A DNA stretch of 64,000 nucleotides from Candidatus Saccharimonadia bacterium (GTDB lineage: Bacteria; Patescibacteriota; Saccharimonadia; UBA4664; JBBRNT01). The translations under genes and the position numbers were made by a program. Below, in pieces: positions 17,098-27,236 of the stretch. Under the pieces are notes generated by a model that did no database searches, had not been told where the DNA came from, and saw nothing but the letters and a program-made list of their open reading frames with translations. Numbering within the stretch: position 1 is the stretch's first letter; each line of letters opens with the position of its first letter. The stretch lies in the NCBI GenBank assembly GCA_038230095.1, contig JBBRNT010000003.1, positions 9,811 through 73,810 on the forward strand, in the 5' to 3' direction.

Positions 17098-18798
17098 ATG
17101 AGCGAGAAAGCACCCACGTCCAGCTATACCGACTTGGCAGATAGGGCTTGGTTTAAGCGGCTTTTCGAGATACTACCAGGAGCCATTACCTGGGTATTTC
17201 TGTTATCACCAATCATACTGAGCATTTTCGAGCCCATTGTAGTAGCCTACTTTATTATTGCCTTCGATCTGGTATGGCTAGTGAAGTCGCTTCGTCTTAG
17301 CTTCTACCTTATTCTCGGCTACACCCGACTAAGACATGCCCAACAGGTAAACTGGCAGGATCGCCTTACTGATCTAGACAATCTTGATGCGGCGATTGAG
17401 CGTGAGCAGGCAGCGCTGGACCTGTTCGTGGAACGCAACCACCATATACCGAGCCGACTGGCTATCTCCAAGACTAAGCGCCATATATATAGCAAGTATC
17501 GTAAGCGGGTACTGTACCTTCGTGAGCTACGTGATCATAAGGCGAAGGACAAACTAATTCTGGCGCCAAAAGACTTATACAACGTTGTAATAGTGGCAAC
17601 ATATAATGAGACAATAGACATTCTAGAACCCTCAATACAAGCTCTGGCAGATGTGGCTTATCCGCTGAACCAGCTTATCTTGGTTATTGCCTACGAAGAG
17701 CGGGGTGGACCCGGTACCAAGGCCAATGCCGACCTGTTGATTAAGAAATATGGGCACTTGTTTGGCCATGCCATGGCGATTGAGCATCCCGATGGTATTC
17801 CTGGGGAAGTACGTGGTAAGGGCGGTAATATTTCCCACGCTGCTAGGAAGCTAGTAGAGTACCTTGATACAAAAAATATCGATCCTATTAATGTAATTGT
17901 TACAACATTCGATAGCGATCATAGGGCGGATCCAGGCTACTTTGCCTATCTCACTTACGCCTACGCTATTAACCCCAATCGTATTTATAAGTCCTTCCAG
18001 CCGGTGCCCATGTTCTATAACAATATTTGGGACGTACCGGCGCCTATGCGCGTGATTGCCACCGGCAACTCCTTCTGGATCATCATGGAAGCAATGCGCC
18101 CACACCGCTTGCGGAACTTTGCAGCTCACGCCCAGAGCCTGAAGACCCTGATAGACACCGATTTCTGGAGTGTGACCTCTATCGTAGAGGATGGGCACCA
18201 ATACTGGCGTACGTATTTTGCCTACGATGGGAACCACGAGGTAGTACCACTCTTTATCCCAGTCTACCAAGACGCTGTGCTTGCGAGCACCTACCGCCAA
18301 ACGTTGAAGGTCCAGTACCTGCAGCTGCGCCGCTGGGCTTGGGGTATATCTGACTTTACCTACGTGGTGTCACAATCGGTGAAGAACCCGCAGATAAAAC
18401 TGAGCGATAAGCTAGTACACTTGTGGCGGCTATTTGAGGGGCACTTTAGTTGGGCGACAGCGCCACTAATTCTGACCTTTGTAGCGTGGTTACCCCTGTA
18501 CCTGAACGGCCGGTTTGCCGACCAGCTGATTGCACACCAACTACCAATTATTGCCAGCCGTATCCTAAACTTTGCGCTTGTTGGTATCTTTACGACGGTG
18601 GTGATTAGCCTTATCTCGCTCCCGCCCCGCCCTGCCCGGTATAAGCGGAGTAAGCACGTGTTTATGGTACTGCAGTGGCTACTGCTCCCGGTGATAGCGA
18701 TTATCTTCAGTGCTTTTCCAGCTATAGACGCGCAGACGCGGCTCATGCTTGGTAAGTACCTGGACTTCCGGGTAACGGACAAGTCGAGAAAGCAGTGA
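17098..18798 (+). CDS. integral-membrane family-2 glycosyltransferase (cellulose-synthase-like fold)
   Basis: GT-A core with D..DxD..(Q/R)xxRW-like regions (VVIVATYNE, TTFDSDHRAD, QLRRWAWG) flanked by N- and C-terminal TM bundles. Confidence 0.75.
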   Translation: MSEKAPTSSYTDLADRAWFKRLFEILPGAITWVFLLSPIILSIFEPIVVAYFIIAFDLVWLVKSLRLSFYLILGYTRLRHAQQVNWQDRLTDLDNLDAAIEREQAALDLFVERNHHIPSRLAISKTKRHIYSKYRKRVLYLRELRDHKAKDKLILAPKDLYNVVIVATYNETIDILEPSIQALADVAYPLNQLILVIAYEERGGPGTKANADLLIKKYGHLFGHAMAIEHPDGIPGEVRGKGGNISHAARKLVEYLDTKNIDPINVIVTTFDSDHRADPGYFAYLTYAYAINPNRIYKSFQPVPMFYNNIWDVPAPMRVIATGNSFWIIMEAMRPHRLRNFAAHAQSLKTLIDTDFWSVTSIVEDGHQYWRTYFAYDGNHEVVPLFIPVYQDAVLASTYRQTLKVQYLQLRRWAWGISDFTYVVSQSVKNPQIKLSDKLVHLWRLFEGHFSWATAPLILTFVAWLPLYLNGRFADQLIAHQLPIIASRILNFALVGIFTTVVISLISLPPRPARYKRSKHVFMVLQWLLLPVIAIIFSAFPAIDAQTRLMLGKYLDFRVTDKSRKQ

Positions 18799-19856
18799 TG
18801 TACGGATTTGGATTTCTTCTAGCGGCGCTGCTTTCTATGCTGTTGGTGCCGCTGGTAGAGCGCTTTGCGCGACGGATAGGGGCCATAGATGAGCCAGTGG
18901 GCGGTCGCAAGATACATAAGCGAGCCGTGGTACGGCTGGGTGGTCTGGCGATGGCGGGTGCATTTATACTGACCGTGCTCTATGCGCTTGGTGCTAGCCG
19001 GCAGCTACTGGGATTGCTGGGCGGCATTGTGGTACTGGTGACGGTGGGGGTAGTCGACGATATTCATAGCCTGGGGCCGTGGACTAAGCTAGGGTGGCAG
19101 GTAGTGGCAGCCGGCGTGGCGCTGGCGGGCGGCATTGGCATTACGAGCCTGACCAATCCGCTTGGGGGTGTGATCAATCTGCAAATTGGACGGTTTGCGC
19201 TGGACTGGGGGAGTCTCCACTTCCACATTTCGCCAATTGCCAATATCCTGAGCCTGCTGTGGATGGTGGCATTGATAAATGCTATCAACTTTCTGGATGG
19301 CCTAGACGGTCTGGCGGGTGGTGTGTCGGCTATAGCAGCATTTATCATGTTCCTGCTGGCGGTGGGCCCCCGGGTGCACCAGCCAGAGGTGGCTCTGCTA
19401 GCTATTATTCTCTGCGGGGCGGCAGTCGGCTGGCTGCCAGCTAACTTCTACCCGGCCAAGATGTTTATGGGTGATTCTGGCGCGTATTTTCTGGGACTCA
19501 CTCTGGCAATGCTTGCGATCTATTCGGGAGCCAAGCTGGCTACAGCCGCACTAGTATTAGGTATACCGTTGCTCGACATGGGCTGGGCAGTAATCCGCAG
19601 GTTGTCACAGCACCGCTCTCCGTTCAGTTCGGATAGGGGACACCTGCATCACCTCATGCTGGACGCGGGCTTGTCACAGCGCCAGGCAGTGGTCATTTTC
19701 TACATTATTGCCGCTGTGTTCGGTGGCGCTGCCCTGTTTAGCAATAGTTTTGCCAAGCTGATAGCCTTCGTCTTACTCGTGGTGGTCATGGCGGTATTGA
19801 CTATGGTTCTTGCTCGGGCCGCTGCCCGCAATAAGGCCGGTATGAGCCAGTCCTAG
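18798..19856 (+). CDS. polyprenyl-phosphate N-acetylhexosamine-1-phosphate transferase (MraY/WecA/TagO family)
   Basis: VVDDIHSL and NAINFLDGLDGLAGG signatures; about 10 TM helices; tgATG overlap with the GT2 gene. Confidence 0.85.
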   Translation: MYGFGFLLAALLSMLLVPLVERFARRIGAIDEPVGGRKIHKRAVVRLGGLAMAGAFILTVLYALGASRQLLGLLGGIVVLVTVGVVDDIHSLGPWTKLGWQVVAAGVALAGGIGITSLTNPLGGVINLQIGRFALDWGSLHFHISPIANILSLLWMVALINAINFLDGLDGLAGGVSAIAAFIMFLLAVGPRVHQPEVALLAIILCGAAVGWLPANFYPAKMFMGDSGAYFLGLTLAMLAIYSGAKLATAALVLGIPLLDMGWAVIRRLSQHRSPFSSDRGHLHHLMLDAGLSQRQAVVIFYIIAAVFGGAALFSNSFAKLIAFVLLVVVMAVLTMVLARAAARNKAGMSQS

Positions 19857-19912
19857 CATTGCGTCTACTCCAGATAACTGCTATAATGCGGACATTGTAA
19901 GCGGGGTGCACT

Positions 19913-20260
19913 ATGAGTCGTAAATTTTTGCAGGAATTAATCAAAAATTTGCAGGAGTTCTATAAGTGCCCTACGTGCGATACCAACTATCACTTTGACG
20001 ATATCAAATTCCTCGGTAACCTCGATAACTACTGCTTTGTTCAGCTCACCTGCCATAGCTGCTCACTGCCGGTACTAGCTACTGTCTCCGCTGGAGACAA
20101 GAAGCTAGCTGGCCGTAAGCGTCGCAGTGATGCTACCACCAAGGAGCAGACGCAGTTCAAGGCCCGCGGAGAGATTACCGCCAACGAGATAGCCGGTTTC
20201 CACAGCTTCATTCGAGATTTTTCGGGAAGCCTATCTTCCATCACTCGTTCCGGTCATTAA
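19913..20260 (+). CDS. zinc-ribbon hypothetical protein (CPTC...CHSC)
   Basis: 115-aa ORF. Confidence 0.5.
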   Translation: MSRKFLQELIKNLQEFYKCPTCDTNYHFDDIKFLGNLDNYCFVQLTCHSCSLPVLATVSAGDKKLAGRKRRSDATTKEQTQFKARGEITANEIAGFHSFIRDFSGSLSSITRSGH

Positions 20261-20291
20261 ATAGTTCGTTCTAGAAAGGATCGCATAGATC

Positions 20292-20957
20292 ATGGATAAA
20301 ATCGTATTAGCGTTGTCCGGACGCAAAGAGAAGGGTAAAGCTAACGCTGCGCTCCGCGCCCAGGGTCTAACCCCAGCCGTAGTCTACGGTCACGGCGTAG
20401 AGTCTGAGTCCGTTTCGGCATCTACCAAAGAACTGACCAAGGTGTACTCCGAGGCCGGAGGAAACAAGATTATTAGCCTGAAAGTAGACGGTGCAAAAGA
20501 AACCAACGCATTGATCCACGACGTGCAGCATGACGTGCGCACTGGCGAGCTTACCCACGCCGACTTCTACATTGTCCGTATGGACGAGAAGCTAACGACC
20601 GCTGTACCACTGTACTTTGTTGGTGAGTCTACGGCCGTATTCCAGATGGAGGGCGTACTCCTCAAGGCACTGGAGACTGTGGAAGTCGAGGCTCTGCCTG
20701 GCGACCTTCCTGACCACATTGAAGTCGATATCTCTGTTCTTGACGACTTCGAAAAGGCCATCCACGTATCTGACCTAAAGGCACCGAAGGGTGTTGAGAT
20801 TCTTGACGAGGCCGACTCACTCGTGGCCCGCGTTGAAGAGCCTCGTAGCGAAGAAGAGCTAGCCGAACTAGAGACGGAAGTAACCGAAGTACTGCCTGAG
20901 GGCGTAGCTGAGGAAGCGCCCGCTGGCGACGCAGCCGATACCAAGAAGACTCAGTAG
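20292..20957 (+). CDS. rplY: 50S ribosomal protein L25 / general stress protein Ctc (long form)
   Basis: L25 N-domain (LRAQGLTPAVVYGHGVE, HADFY) plus Ctc C-domain and acidic tail. Confidence 0.9.
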   Translation: MDKIVLALSGRKEKGKANAALRAQGLTPAVVYGHGVESESVSASTKELTKVYSEAGGNKIISLKVDGAKETNALIHDVQHDVRTGELTHADFYIVRMDEKLTTAVPLYFVGESTAVFQMEGVLLKALETVEVEALPGDLPDHIEVDISVLDDFEKAIHVSDLKAPKGVEILDEADSLVARVEEPRSEEELAELETEVTEVLPEGVAEEAPAGDAADTKKTQ

Positions 20958-21016
20958 TTAATCTGCCTTGCGAAAATAGCGCCCCACATGGGGCGCTATT
21001 TGGTTATAATGATGGC

Positions 21017-21487
21017 ATGAAACCAACTATTCGCCTGGCGCTAGCGGCTGATCTAGAGAATGTGCAACGCCTGAACGCAGCATTATTTGCAGTGGACGGG
21101 CCACATGACGCCCATTTGGATGCCGCCTGGCCCATGGGGGCCGGGGCAGAGTACTTTGGCGGCGCCATAGCCGGCGAGACCGGTGTATGCTTTGTGGCCG
21201 AAGTAGATGAGACCATTGCTGGCTACCTGGTGGGCGCCATGCATGAAGAGACAGTAGCGTACCGCCCCGTCGTGGTGGCAGAGCTGGAGAATATGCTAGT
21301 GGATGAGCAGTATCGCGGGTTTGGGCTGGGGTCGCTTCTGGTAGAGTTCTTTAAGAGCTGGGCGAGGCAGAATGGGGCCGAGGCTATACAGGTGTCTGCC
21401 TATGCGGGTAATACACGGGCTCAGCACTTCTACCGCAAGCACGGCTTTAGTGACTATGCGCTGACACTGGAAGCACGGCTGGACTAG
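21017..21487 (+). CDS. GNAT-family N-acetyltransferase
   Basis: Acetyl-CoA binding motif QYRGFGLGSLLV... Confidence 0.75.
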   Translation: MKPTIRLALAADLENVQRLNAALFAVDGPHDAHLDAAWPMGAGAEYFGGAIAGETGVCFVAEVDETIAGYLVGAMHEETVAYRPVVVAELENMLVDEQYRGFGLGSLLVEFFKSWARQNGAEAIQVSAYAGNTRAQHFYRKHGFSDYALTLEARLD

Positions 21488-21624
21488 GTAGGAGCCGGAC
21501 ATTCGCAATTACCATACTCTCTCAGATGGATTTGGAGCGTATCTCAGAGGCATGGAGGCCGTTTCGAACCTGGGCAATGGTACTCATACGGGCGGTAGGG
21601 CCGCAGCTGCTGACCTAGACCCGG

Positions 21625-22071
21625 CTACTGGTACTTCTTAAGCTCGCGTTGTAGCTGAGCGTCGCTACCAAGGTCTGTCTGGTAGGCCAGGTAGCGTAGG
21701 AAGGCCGTAGTATTATAGTGCTTGAGTGTGACAAGGGTAATACGTGCGATCTCGGATGTGGCGATTTCGCGTTGCTTGGTGTCCAATAGCTTGGCCTCTA
21801 CCGTGTCTGTAACGCCGTCTACGGTAGTTTCCTTGGCCGGAATGGATAAGAATGCCCCATAGATACCGGAATAGAGCTTGGCACGCGAGTAGCGTTCCTT
21901 CTTCCCGGTCATTTTGATTACCTTCAGAAAGCCCAGGTCTACGGCCTCGTAGGTGGTAAATGACTCTTTGCAGGATAGGCAGCGTCGTCGCCGCCAGATT
22001 TGGGTACCAAAACGGGTGGGGCGGGAGTTGAAAACATCGGTACTGTCTGCGCGGCAATATGGGCATTTCAT
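21625..22071 (-). CDS. nrdR: transcriptional repressor NrdR
   Basis: MKCPYC...C..C zinc ribbon followed by ATP-cone; 148 aa. Confidence 0.9.
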   Translation of the reverse strand: MKCPYCRADSTDVFNSRPTRFGTQIWRRRRCLSCKESFTTYEAVDLGFLKVIKMTGKKERYSRAKLYSGIYGAFLSIPAKETTVDGVTDTVEAKLLDTKQREIATSEIARITLVTLKHYNTTAFLRYLAYQTDLGSDAQLQRELKKYQ

Positions 22072-22229
22072 GTATACATGTTGTCATATGACTGGTAATT
22101 TTCCTAGTGGAAAACTGGCACCAAATGGGGATAAGCGGGTATTGGGATACCCGCTATGGGCATATGTAGCGCTATGAATCCAGAAAGGCTGTTGTATGCT
22201 TGACCTAGTCCGAGAGAACGGAGCGACCA

Positions 22230-23039
22230 TTGAAAACCCGACCATATATTGGCGTTACTGGCTTTACGAGGCGGGTGGAGGTGGTGCAGCTACTGAACCA
22301 CCTGACGGCCTGTGAGTTTCCGGCTACCCGCCGTCTGATGGTGGGTATACTGGTCTCAAGCAAGAGTATGCAGGGTGAGGCCCTGAAGCCGGAGTGGGCG
22401 GCGCAGTACCCTGAACCTACTGCCATTGCTGGCTTGATTGTGCCGGATCGGCGAGCCATTTATCTGGCACACTATAACACCAAGAGCCTAGAACTTGCCG
22501 ACGAGCTTTGCAGGGTTCTGGAGCTAGCGCCTGAGCTAGATGGCTTTCAGTTAAATGTGTCCTGGCCACATCCTGGGCAGCTCGAGAAGTTTCGGAAGCT
22601 GTACCCGGATAAGCTGATGGTCGTACAGCTGGGTAGTAAGGCACTTGCCGCCGTAGGGTGCAGTGAGGACGAACCAAGAAATGTATCTGGCATACGAAAC
22701 CGCCTAGCTATCTACGTAGGGCTTGTCGACCACCTTTTGCTCGATCGATCGGGTGGACTCGGGCACGCGTTCGATCCGCTCGCAGCGGCCGAGACTATTT
22801 CTGCGGTCAATGCCGAGGCAGATTTCCAGATAGGCATGGGTATTGGTGGCGGTCTTTCTTGCCAGACCGTTGGCACACAGATCATGCCGTGTCTACGGGT
22901 GTATCCAGAGCTGAGCTGGGATGCCCAGGGCAAGCTCCTGGGTGAGGGTGGGCACTTGGATATTGATCTCGCCGCTAGCTACCTGACGGCCTCGGCACAA
23001 GCTCTGCGCGATCTGGACCGGGTAACTCCCATTGTCTGA
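22230..23039 (+). CDS. hypothetical TIM-barrel-like protein, weak resemblance to phosphoribosylanthranilate isomerase (TrpF) family
   Basis: TTG start with ggag RBS; motifs IGVTGFT and LLLDRSGGLGHAFD resemble TrpF signatures; low certainty. Confidence 0.4.
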   Translation: MKTRPYIGVTGFTRRVEVVQLLNHLTACEFPATRRLMVGILVSSKSMQGEALKPEWAAQYPEPTAIAGLIVPDRRAIYLAHYNTKSLELADELCRVLELAPELDGFQLNVSWPHPGQLEKFRKLYPDKLMVVQLGSKALAAVGCSEDEPRNVSGIRNRLAIYVGLVDHLLLDRSGGLGHAFDPLAAAETISAVNAEADFQIGMGIGGGLSCQTVGTQIMPCLRVYPELSWDAQGKLLGEGGHLDIDLAASYLTASAQALRDLDRVTPIV

Positions 23040-23042
23040 CCG

Positions 23043-23074
23043 GCCGCTCCTCCTTTATGGAGGAGCGGCTTTTT
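23043..23074 (+). terminator. rho-independent terminator (ccgctcctcc-tttatg-gaggagcgg + CTTTTT)
   Basis: 9-bp stem + T-run. Confidence 0.85.
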
Positions 23075-23179
23075 ACTACTCTCTTAATTATTCTCATGCT
23101 TGAAAAAAATGGCCAAATCTGTTAGAGTACGCGACAACCCAATCCAAGAGTAATCTCTGGAAGCAAGGATGTACCTAAT

Positions 23180-23842
23180 ATGATGGCTGTACCGAATACC
23201 CCCCTCGAAGTTCTCGATGTTGAGTTGGCCCATATCCGAGGCTGGCTTGGAACTGGCGCGATCAACATTTTTGGATTGCCGTATGCCGGTAAGGACACTC
23301 AATGCACTCGTGTTGCTACGGCCTTGGGTGGTGCAGTGATTGATGGTGGCGGACTTCTCCGTCGCAATCCGCACATGACCGAAGATGAGCGCAAAATCAT
23401 GGAGGCCGGTGAGCTACTACCCATTGACGTCTACCTGCGACTGGTCGTTCCAGTACTCGGTAACCCGCTACATGGGGGAAAGCCCCTGGTTCTGTCATCG
23501 GTTGGTCGCTTTTTTGGGGAGGAAGGTGCGGTTATGCGTGCCTCGAAAGCTGCAGACCACACCTTGCGAGTAGTGGTTCTGCTGGAAGTTTCAGATGACG
23601 ACGTCCTACAGCACCAGGCTGAGGCTGCGGCGAACGAAGATCGTGGAATTCGTGCTGACGATGACCCGGGTAAGTTGACGCGGAGAATCGACGAGTTTCA
23701 CACCAAGACGGCGCCGGTAATTGATTTCTACCGTCAATCAGGAAAGCTGGTTGCCATTCAGGGAAGTGGAACCAAAGACGAGGTGTTTTACCGCATCGTT
23801 CACGCTATATATGATTTTGCCGTGACTCATCCTCGCCGCTGA
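23180..23842 (+). CDS. divergent adenylate-kinase-family nucleoside monophosphate kinase
   Basis: P-loop GLPYAGKDTQ, NMP-binding VIDGGGLLR, LID-like R-x-DD..GKLTRRIDEF; P-loop Gly to Asp substitution. Confidence 0.6.
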   Translation: MMAVPNTPLEVLDVELAHIRGWLGTGAINIFGLPYAGKDTQCTRVATALGGAVIDGGGLLRRNPHMTEDERKIMEAGELLPIDVYLRLVVPVLGNPLHGGKPLVLSSVGRFFGEEGAVMRASKAADHTLRVVVLLEVSDDDVLQHQAEAAANEDRGIRADDDPGKLTRRIDEFHTKTAPVIDFYRQSGKLVAIQGSGTKDEVFYRIVHAIYDFAVTHPRR

Positions 23843-23889
23843 CCGCCCGCTACCTTGCCGCCACCCCATCTGGGGCGGCGGTTCTTTAT

Positions 23890-25131
23890 TTAATCAGGTA
23901 TGTCCATTGTCACATGATGGGAGTTACCAAAACCGACCCGGTCCTTCATGATGGGGGCAAGCAGCTGACGGGCGGGGAGTATGCTGCGCCGACCGAAGCG
24001 TGACTCTATGAGGTCTACGGCCTGGCTAATACGGTCATCTCGACTCGACAGATCAAACAAGGTGCCGGGCAGGGCAGCATTAGGCACTAGATCAAACGCC
24101 GTGACGCCGACAAGACGAACTGGCTTATCTAGCGGTGCGCGTTCGAGAATGCGGCGGACATGGGCGTAGAAGCTAGCAGTGTCAGTGAAGGCCAGCTTGC
24201 CACGATGGTGGCCCTCCCAGTGGGTGCGGTCGGTGTAGCGCAGATGGACGGCGATGCCACGCGCCCCGAAACTAGCTCCGCGCAGACGGGTAGCCGCCTT
24301 GCTTACAAGCTGGCTAGCTGTACTGAGTACCTGGTCTAGGCTGCGAGCGGGGGCAGGGACTATAGTGGTCTCATGTCCAATAGTCCGGCGTATGGTGGGC
24401 CGCTGATCCACTTCATAGCCACGTAGGCGTAGGTACCAGGCCTGGCCATTGGCACCAAAGGCCCTAGCAAGCTTCGCGTAGGGTGCCTGGAAAAAATCGA
24501 CCGGCGTGTAGATGTCCAGCTCGTGTAAGCGCTGAGCCATACGCGAGGCAACACCATGGAGGTCAGTCAGGCGTAGTTGGCTGTAGAAGTGTTCCAGCTC
24601 CTCAGTACGGATGATGGTAAGGCCGTTGGGCTTCTTGAAATTGGAGCCCATCTTGGCCAGGAACTGATTGGGGGCAATACCAATAGAGCAGCTCAGCTGG
24701 CTCCCAATACTCCAGACGCGGGCCTTAATGTCGTGCGCTAGGCTGACGGCGTCGCCCCGCAGGTCCCTGGGTACTACTAAGAAGGCCTCGTCGATACTCT
24801 TGGGGTGTACCCGGCAGCGCGTGTCATTGAGGGCTTCCATAATGCGCCGGTGGTAGTCGCGGTAGTTGGCGGGATTATCACCTAGCAAGATTATGTCGGG
24901 ACAGAGCTGACGGGCCTCGGGTATGGGGGTACCGGTCTTAACACCGAAACGTTTGGCTTCGATGGAAGCGGCAATAATGCAGGTATTGTCGTTGATGAAT
25001 GGGCAGACGCCAACGGGGCGTCCGCGCAGCTCCGGGTGCTCTTGCTGCTCTACTGAAGCAAAGAACGAATTCATATCCACAAAGAGGGCCGCCCCCTCTT
25101 GTGGTTGAGCTGCAAGCATACCCTCTAGCAT
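23890..25131 (-). CDS. dinB: DNA polymerase IV (Y-family, DinB)
   Basis: FVDMNSFFASVE, SIDEAF..D motifs; 413 aa. Confidence 0.9.
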   Translation of the reverse strand: MLEGMLAAQPQEGAALFVDMNSFFASVEQQEHPELRGRPVGVCPFINDNTCIIAASIEAKRFGVKTGTPIPEARQLCPDIILLGDNPANYRDYHRRIMEALNDTRCRVHPKSIDEAFLVVPRDLRGDAVSLAHDIKARVWSIGSQLSCSIGIAPNQFLAKMGSNFKKPNGLTIIRTEELEHFYSQLRLTDLHGVASRMAQRLHELDIYTPVDFFQAPYAKLARAFGANGQAWYLRLRGYEVDQRPTIRRTIGHETTIVPAPARSLDQVLSTASQLVSKAATRLRGASFGARGIAVHLRYTDRTHWEGHHRGKLAFTDTASFYAHVRRILERAPLDKPVRLVGVTAFDLVPNAALPGTLFDLSSRDDRISQAVDLIESRFGRRSILPARQLLAPIMKDRVGFGNSHHVTMDIPD

Positions 25132-25134
25132 GGG

Positions 25135-25587
25135 CTAAGAGGTACGGGCGGCCACGAGCTCATCAGCGGCCTTAGTTGAAGACCTGGTTGTGACGCTTGT
25201 TTGGCGGCCTTTAATGTACTTAATCAGCCCCCAGCACTGCTTAATCACACCAGTAGCTTGCTCGAGCTGATCGGCAGTCTTGCCGTAGCCAGTCTTCTCA
25301 TACTCAGTGAGTAGCTTCTTGGCTTGCTCCGACTAGGCTATGGCTGCGTGCAGGCTATCGAGCTTAATAGCGTAACTATAGCGGCGATGGGCCTCATAGA
25401 TATGGTGGGCGATAGCGGCTGTACTGCGGCGCAGATCATTGGCTAGGCCATAGGTCTCCGTTTCTGGTAGGGCAGAGGAGAGGGCTATACCCTGGTCTTC
25501 GAGCTGGCGAGCGAGCGCATAGACGCGGAGGTCCCCGATGGAGGAGGCACTACGACTGCTGACGGTTGGTTTGGTTTGGTTGGTCAT
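25135..25587 (-). pseudogene. four-helix-bundle protein (23S rRNA IVS protein / Avd family) interrupted by an in-frame TAG at 25330-25332
   Basis: Both halves match the family (YGLANDLRRSTAAIAHHIYEA... and ...KLLTEYEKTGY..QATGVIKQCWGLIKY); 84 aa + stop + 65 aa in one frame. Confidence 0.55.
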
Positions 25588-25705
25588 GAAAATCCCCTTA
25601 CATTAGTTGGCATCCCTTAGCCGCATCTACTGCGTGCGTCCGAGGGTGCTTGCTCACAGCGCGACTATATACGAACAAATACCGAACAGTCAAGCTAAAA
25701 AAATA

Positions 25706-25909
25706 CTAATCTGGTAAATTGGCCGGAAAGCTGTTGAGGGGATCGGTCAGGTCCTTCGCTAGTAGTGAGACTTGCTCTTCGCTGAGGGATGGAGCCGTCT
25801 GTTCTGGACTGTGCCCTAGGGTGTCTTGATCACTAGATGTAGGAAATGTTTCTGATGAGCCTGGTAGGCGTTCAAAAAAACACTCCTGTAAGCTATGGTA
25901 TTTGGTCAC
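25706..25909 (-). CDS. questionable small acidic ORF (67 aa)
   Basis: ORF only; lower-GC region. Confidence 0.2.
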   Translation of the reverse strand: MTKYHSLQECFFERLPGSSETFPTSSDQDTLGHSPEQTAPSLSEEQVSLLAKDLTDPLNSFPANLPD

Positions 25910-26063
25910 ATGGCCTCGCGATAGTTAAGACATTGATTCAGATTGGTAGCTGAACTAGTTTTTTGATTAGTGCTAGTTTAGCCCTTCACGGAGTGAGCGT
26001 CAAAGTGCTAAATGGCAATTTCGGATGAGAATAGTACTGATTATTTGTGTAAAAAGCGCTAGC

Positions 26064-27236
26064 TTAGGATTGATAGAACATGAGGCCAAGCTTAATCTGG
26101 AGGGCGTCTTCGAAGTGGCGCGGATCTAGCCCAATCAGCTTCTTAGTTTTCTCAAGGCGATAGATGAGTGTATTGCGGTGTACGTGGAGCCCGAGTGCCG
26201 CCTCGGTCAGGTTTAGGTTGGACCCAAGAAAGGCCTGGACGGTTCTGAAGAGCTGATCGTCGGCTACAAGGGGAGATAGGATCTGGTGAGCAAGCTCAGT
26301 TTTGCGGTCAGCGCCAACATGCGCCAAGGTAATAAACATGCCGACGTCCTTAATGTGGTAGGGCCGCCCCGCACCCCAGACTTTAGTACCAATATTGAGC
26401 GCCAGAATAGCATCCTGATAGCTTTTACGTAAGCCTGACAGATCGGGATAGTACTGACCTATGCCAATAGTGACAGCTCCTTGATGTAGTTTTGACAACG
26501 TATCGTGTACGAACTTTCCCCGTTCCTTCAGGAACCGAATGGTGTTGCTTAGGCTCAGGCTCTCTCCACCAATACCTTTGAGTAGGATGAAGGTATTGGA
26601 GTGGGCGTAGACAATAATATTATCCTGATAGTTCTGGAAAGCCGAACGGATGGCAGCGCAAATAACTTCGGCTGAGGCCATGACGGCGAGACGATACTCA
26701 CTGGAATCGGGGGCAAGACCTTCGGTTCCAACGTCTTCAAAGCCAGCCAGGTGCAGGAGCATGACGGACTGGGGGAAATGGATATTAATTTTGAGAATAT
26801 CGGCCTGCTGGTTGGCCTGGTCATTGGTCATAGAGGCATCATCCAGGAGGAGCTTAATGAAGTCTGCTCGTAGCGCATCGGCTGAGTTTAGCTTGCCCAT
26901 GACAAAGTGTTGGTGGATGAGCACTTCGGCCAGTCCTTGGAGTAAGCTGATGGTTTCGCCGGTGGTAGCGCGTCCAGTTTCGATGAGCCCAAACACACCA
27001 ATGACCCGGCCCTCATAGACAAAGGGCTCCCAGCGGACGTTGAGGCCGCCAGTGCGTGACTCTATGGGCCGATTGGTCTGACAGGCGGCGAGTGCCTCCG
27101 GGATGGTCTTGCCGACCAGCACGCCGCCAGCCATGACCTGGCCATGAAGATCCGCCACCAGAAGGTCTCGGCCGAGTACGCCGGTGACTTGGGACGCGAG
27201 CTGGTTAGCTAGTTCAGGCCCGATAAGCATAGTCAT
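26064..27236 (-). CDS. CdaR/PucR-family transcriptional regulator (sugar-diacid-regulator-like)
   Basis: C-terminal PucR HTH (NLTEAALGLHVHRNTLIYRLEKTKKLIGLDPRHFEDALQ). Confidence 0.75.
   Translation of the reverse strand: MTMLIGPELANQLASQVTGVLGRDLLVADLHGQVMAGGVLVGKTIPEALAACQTNRPIESRTGGLNVRWEPFVYEGRVIGVFGLIETGRATTGETISLLQGLAEVLIHQHFVMGKLNSADALRADFIKLLLDDASMTNDQANQQADILKINIHFPQSVMLLHLAGFEDVGTEGLAPDSSEYRLAVMASAEVICAAIRSAFQNYQDNIIVYAHSNTFILLKGIGGESLSLSNTIRFLKERGKFVHDTLSKLHQGAVTIGIGQYYPDLSGLRKSYQDAILALNIGTKVWGAGRPYHIKDVGMFITLAHVGADRKTELAHQILSPLVADDQLFRTVQAFLGSNLNLTEAALGLHVHRNTLIYRLEKTKKLIGLDPRHFEDALQIKLGLMFYQS

Noticed and set aside
22072-22160. NrdR-box operators upstream of nrdR (palindrome CATGTATACATG at the start codon; hairpin agcgggtat-tgg-gatacccgct)
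   Set aside because: The sequences do not match the NrdR-box consensus closely, and no ribonucleotide-reductase genes are nearby. Noted but not called.
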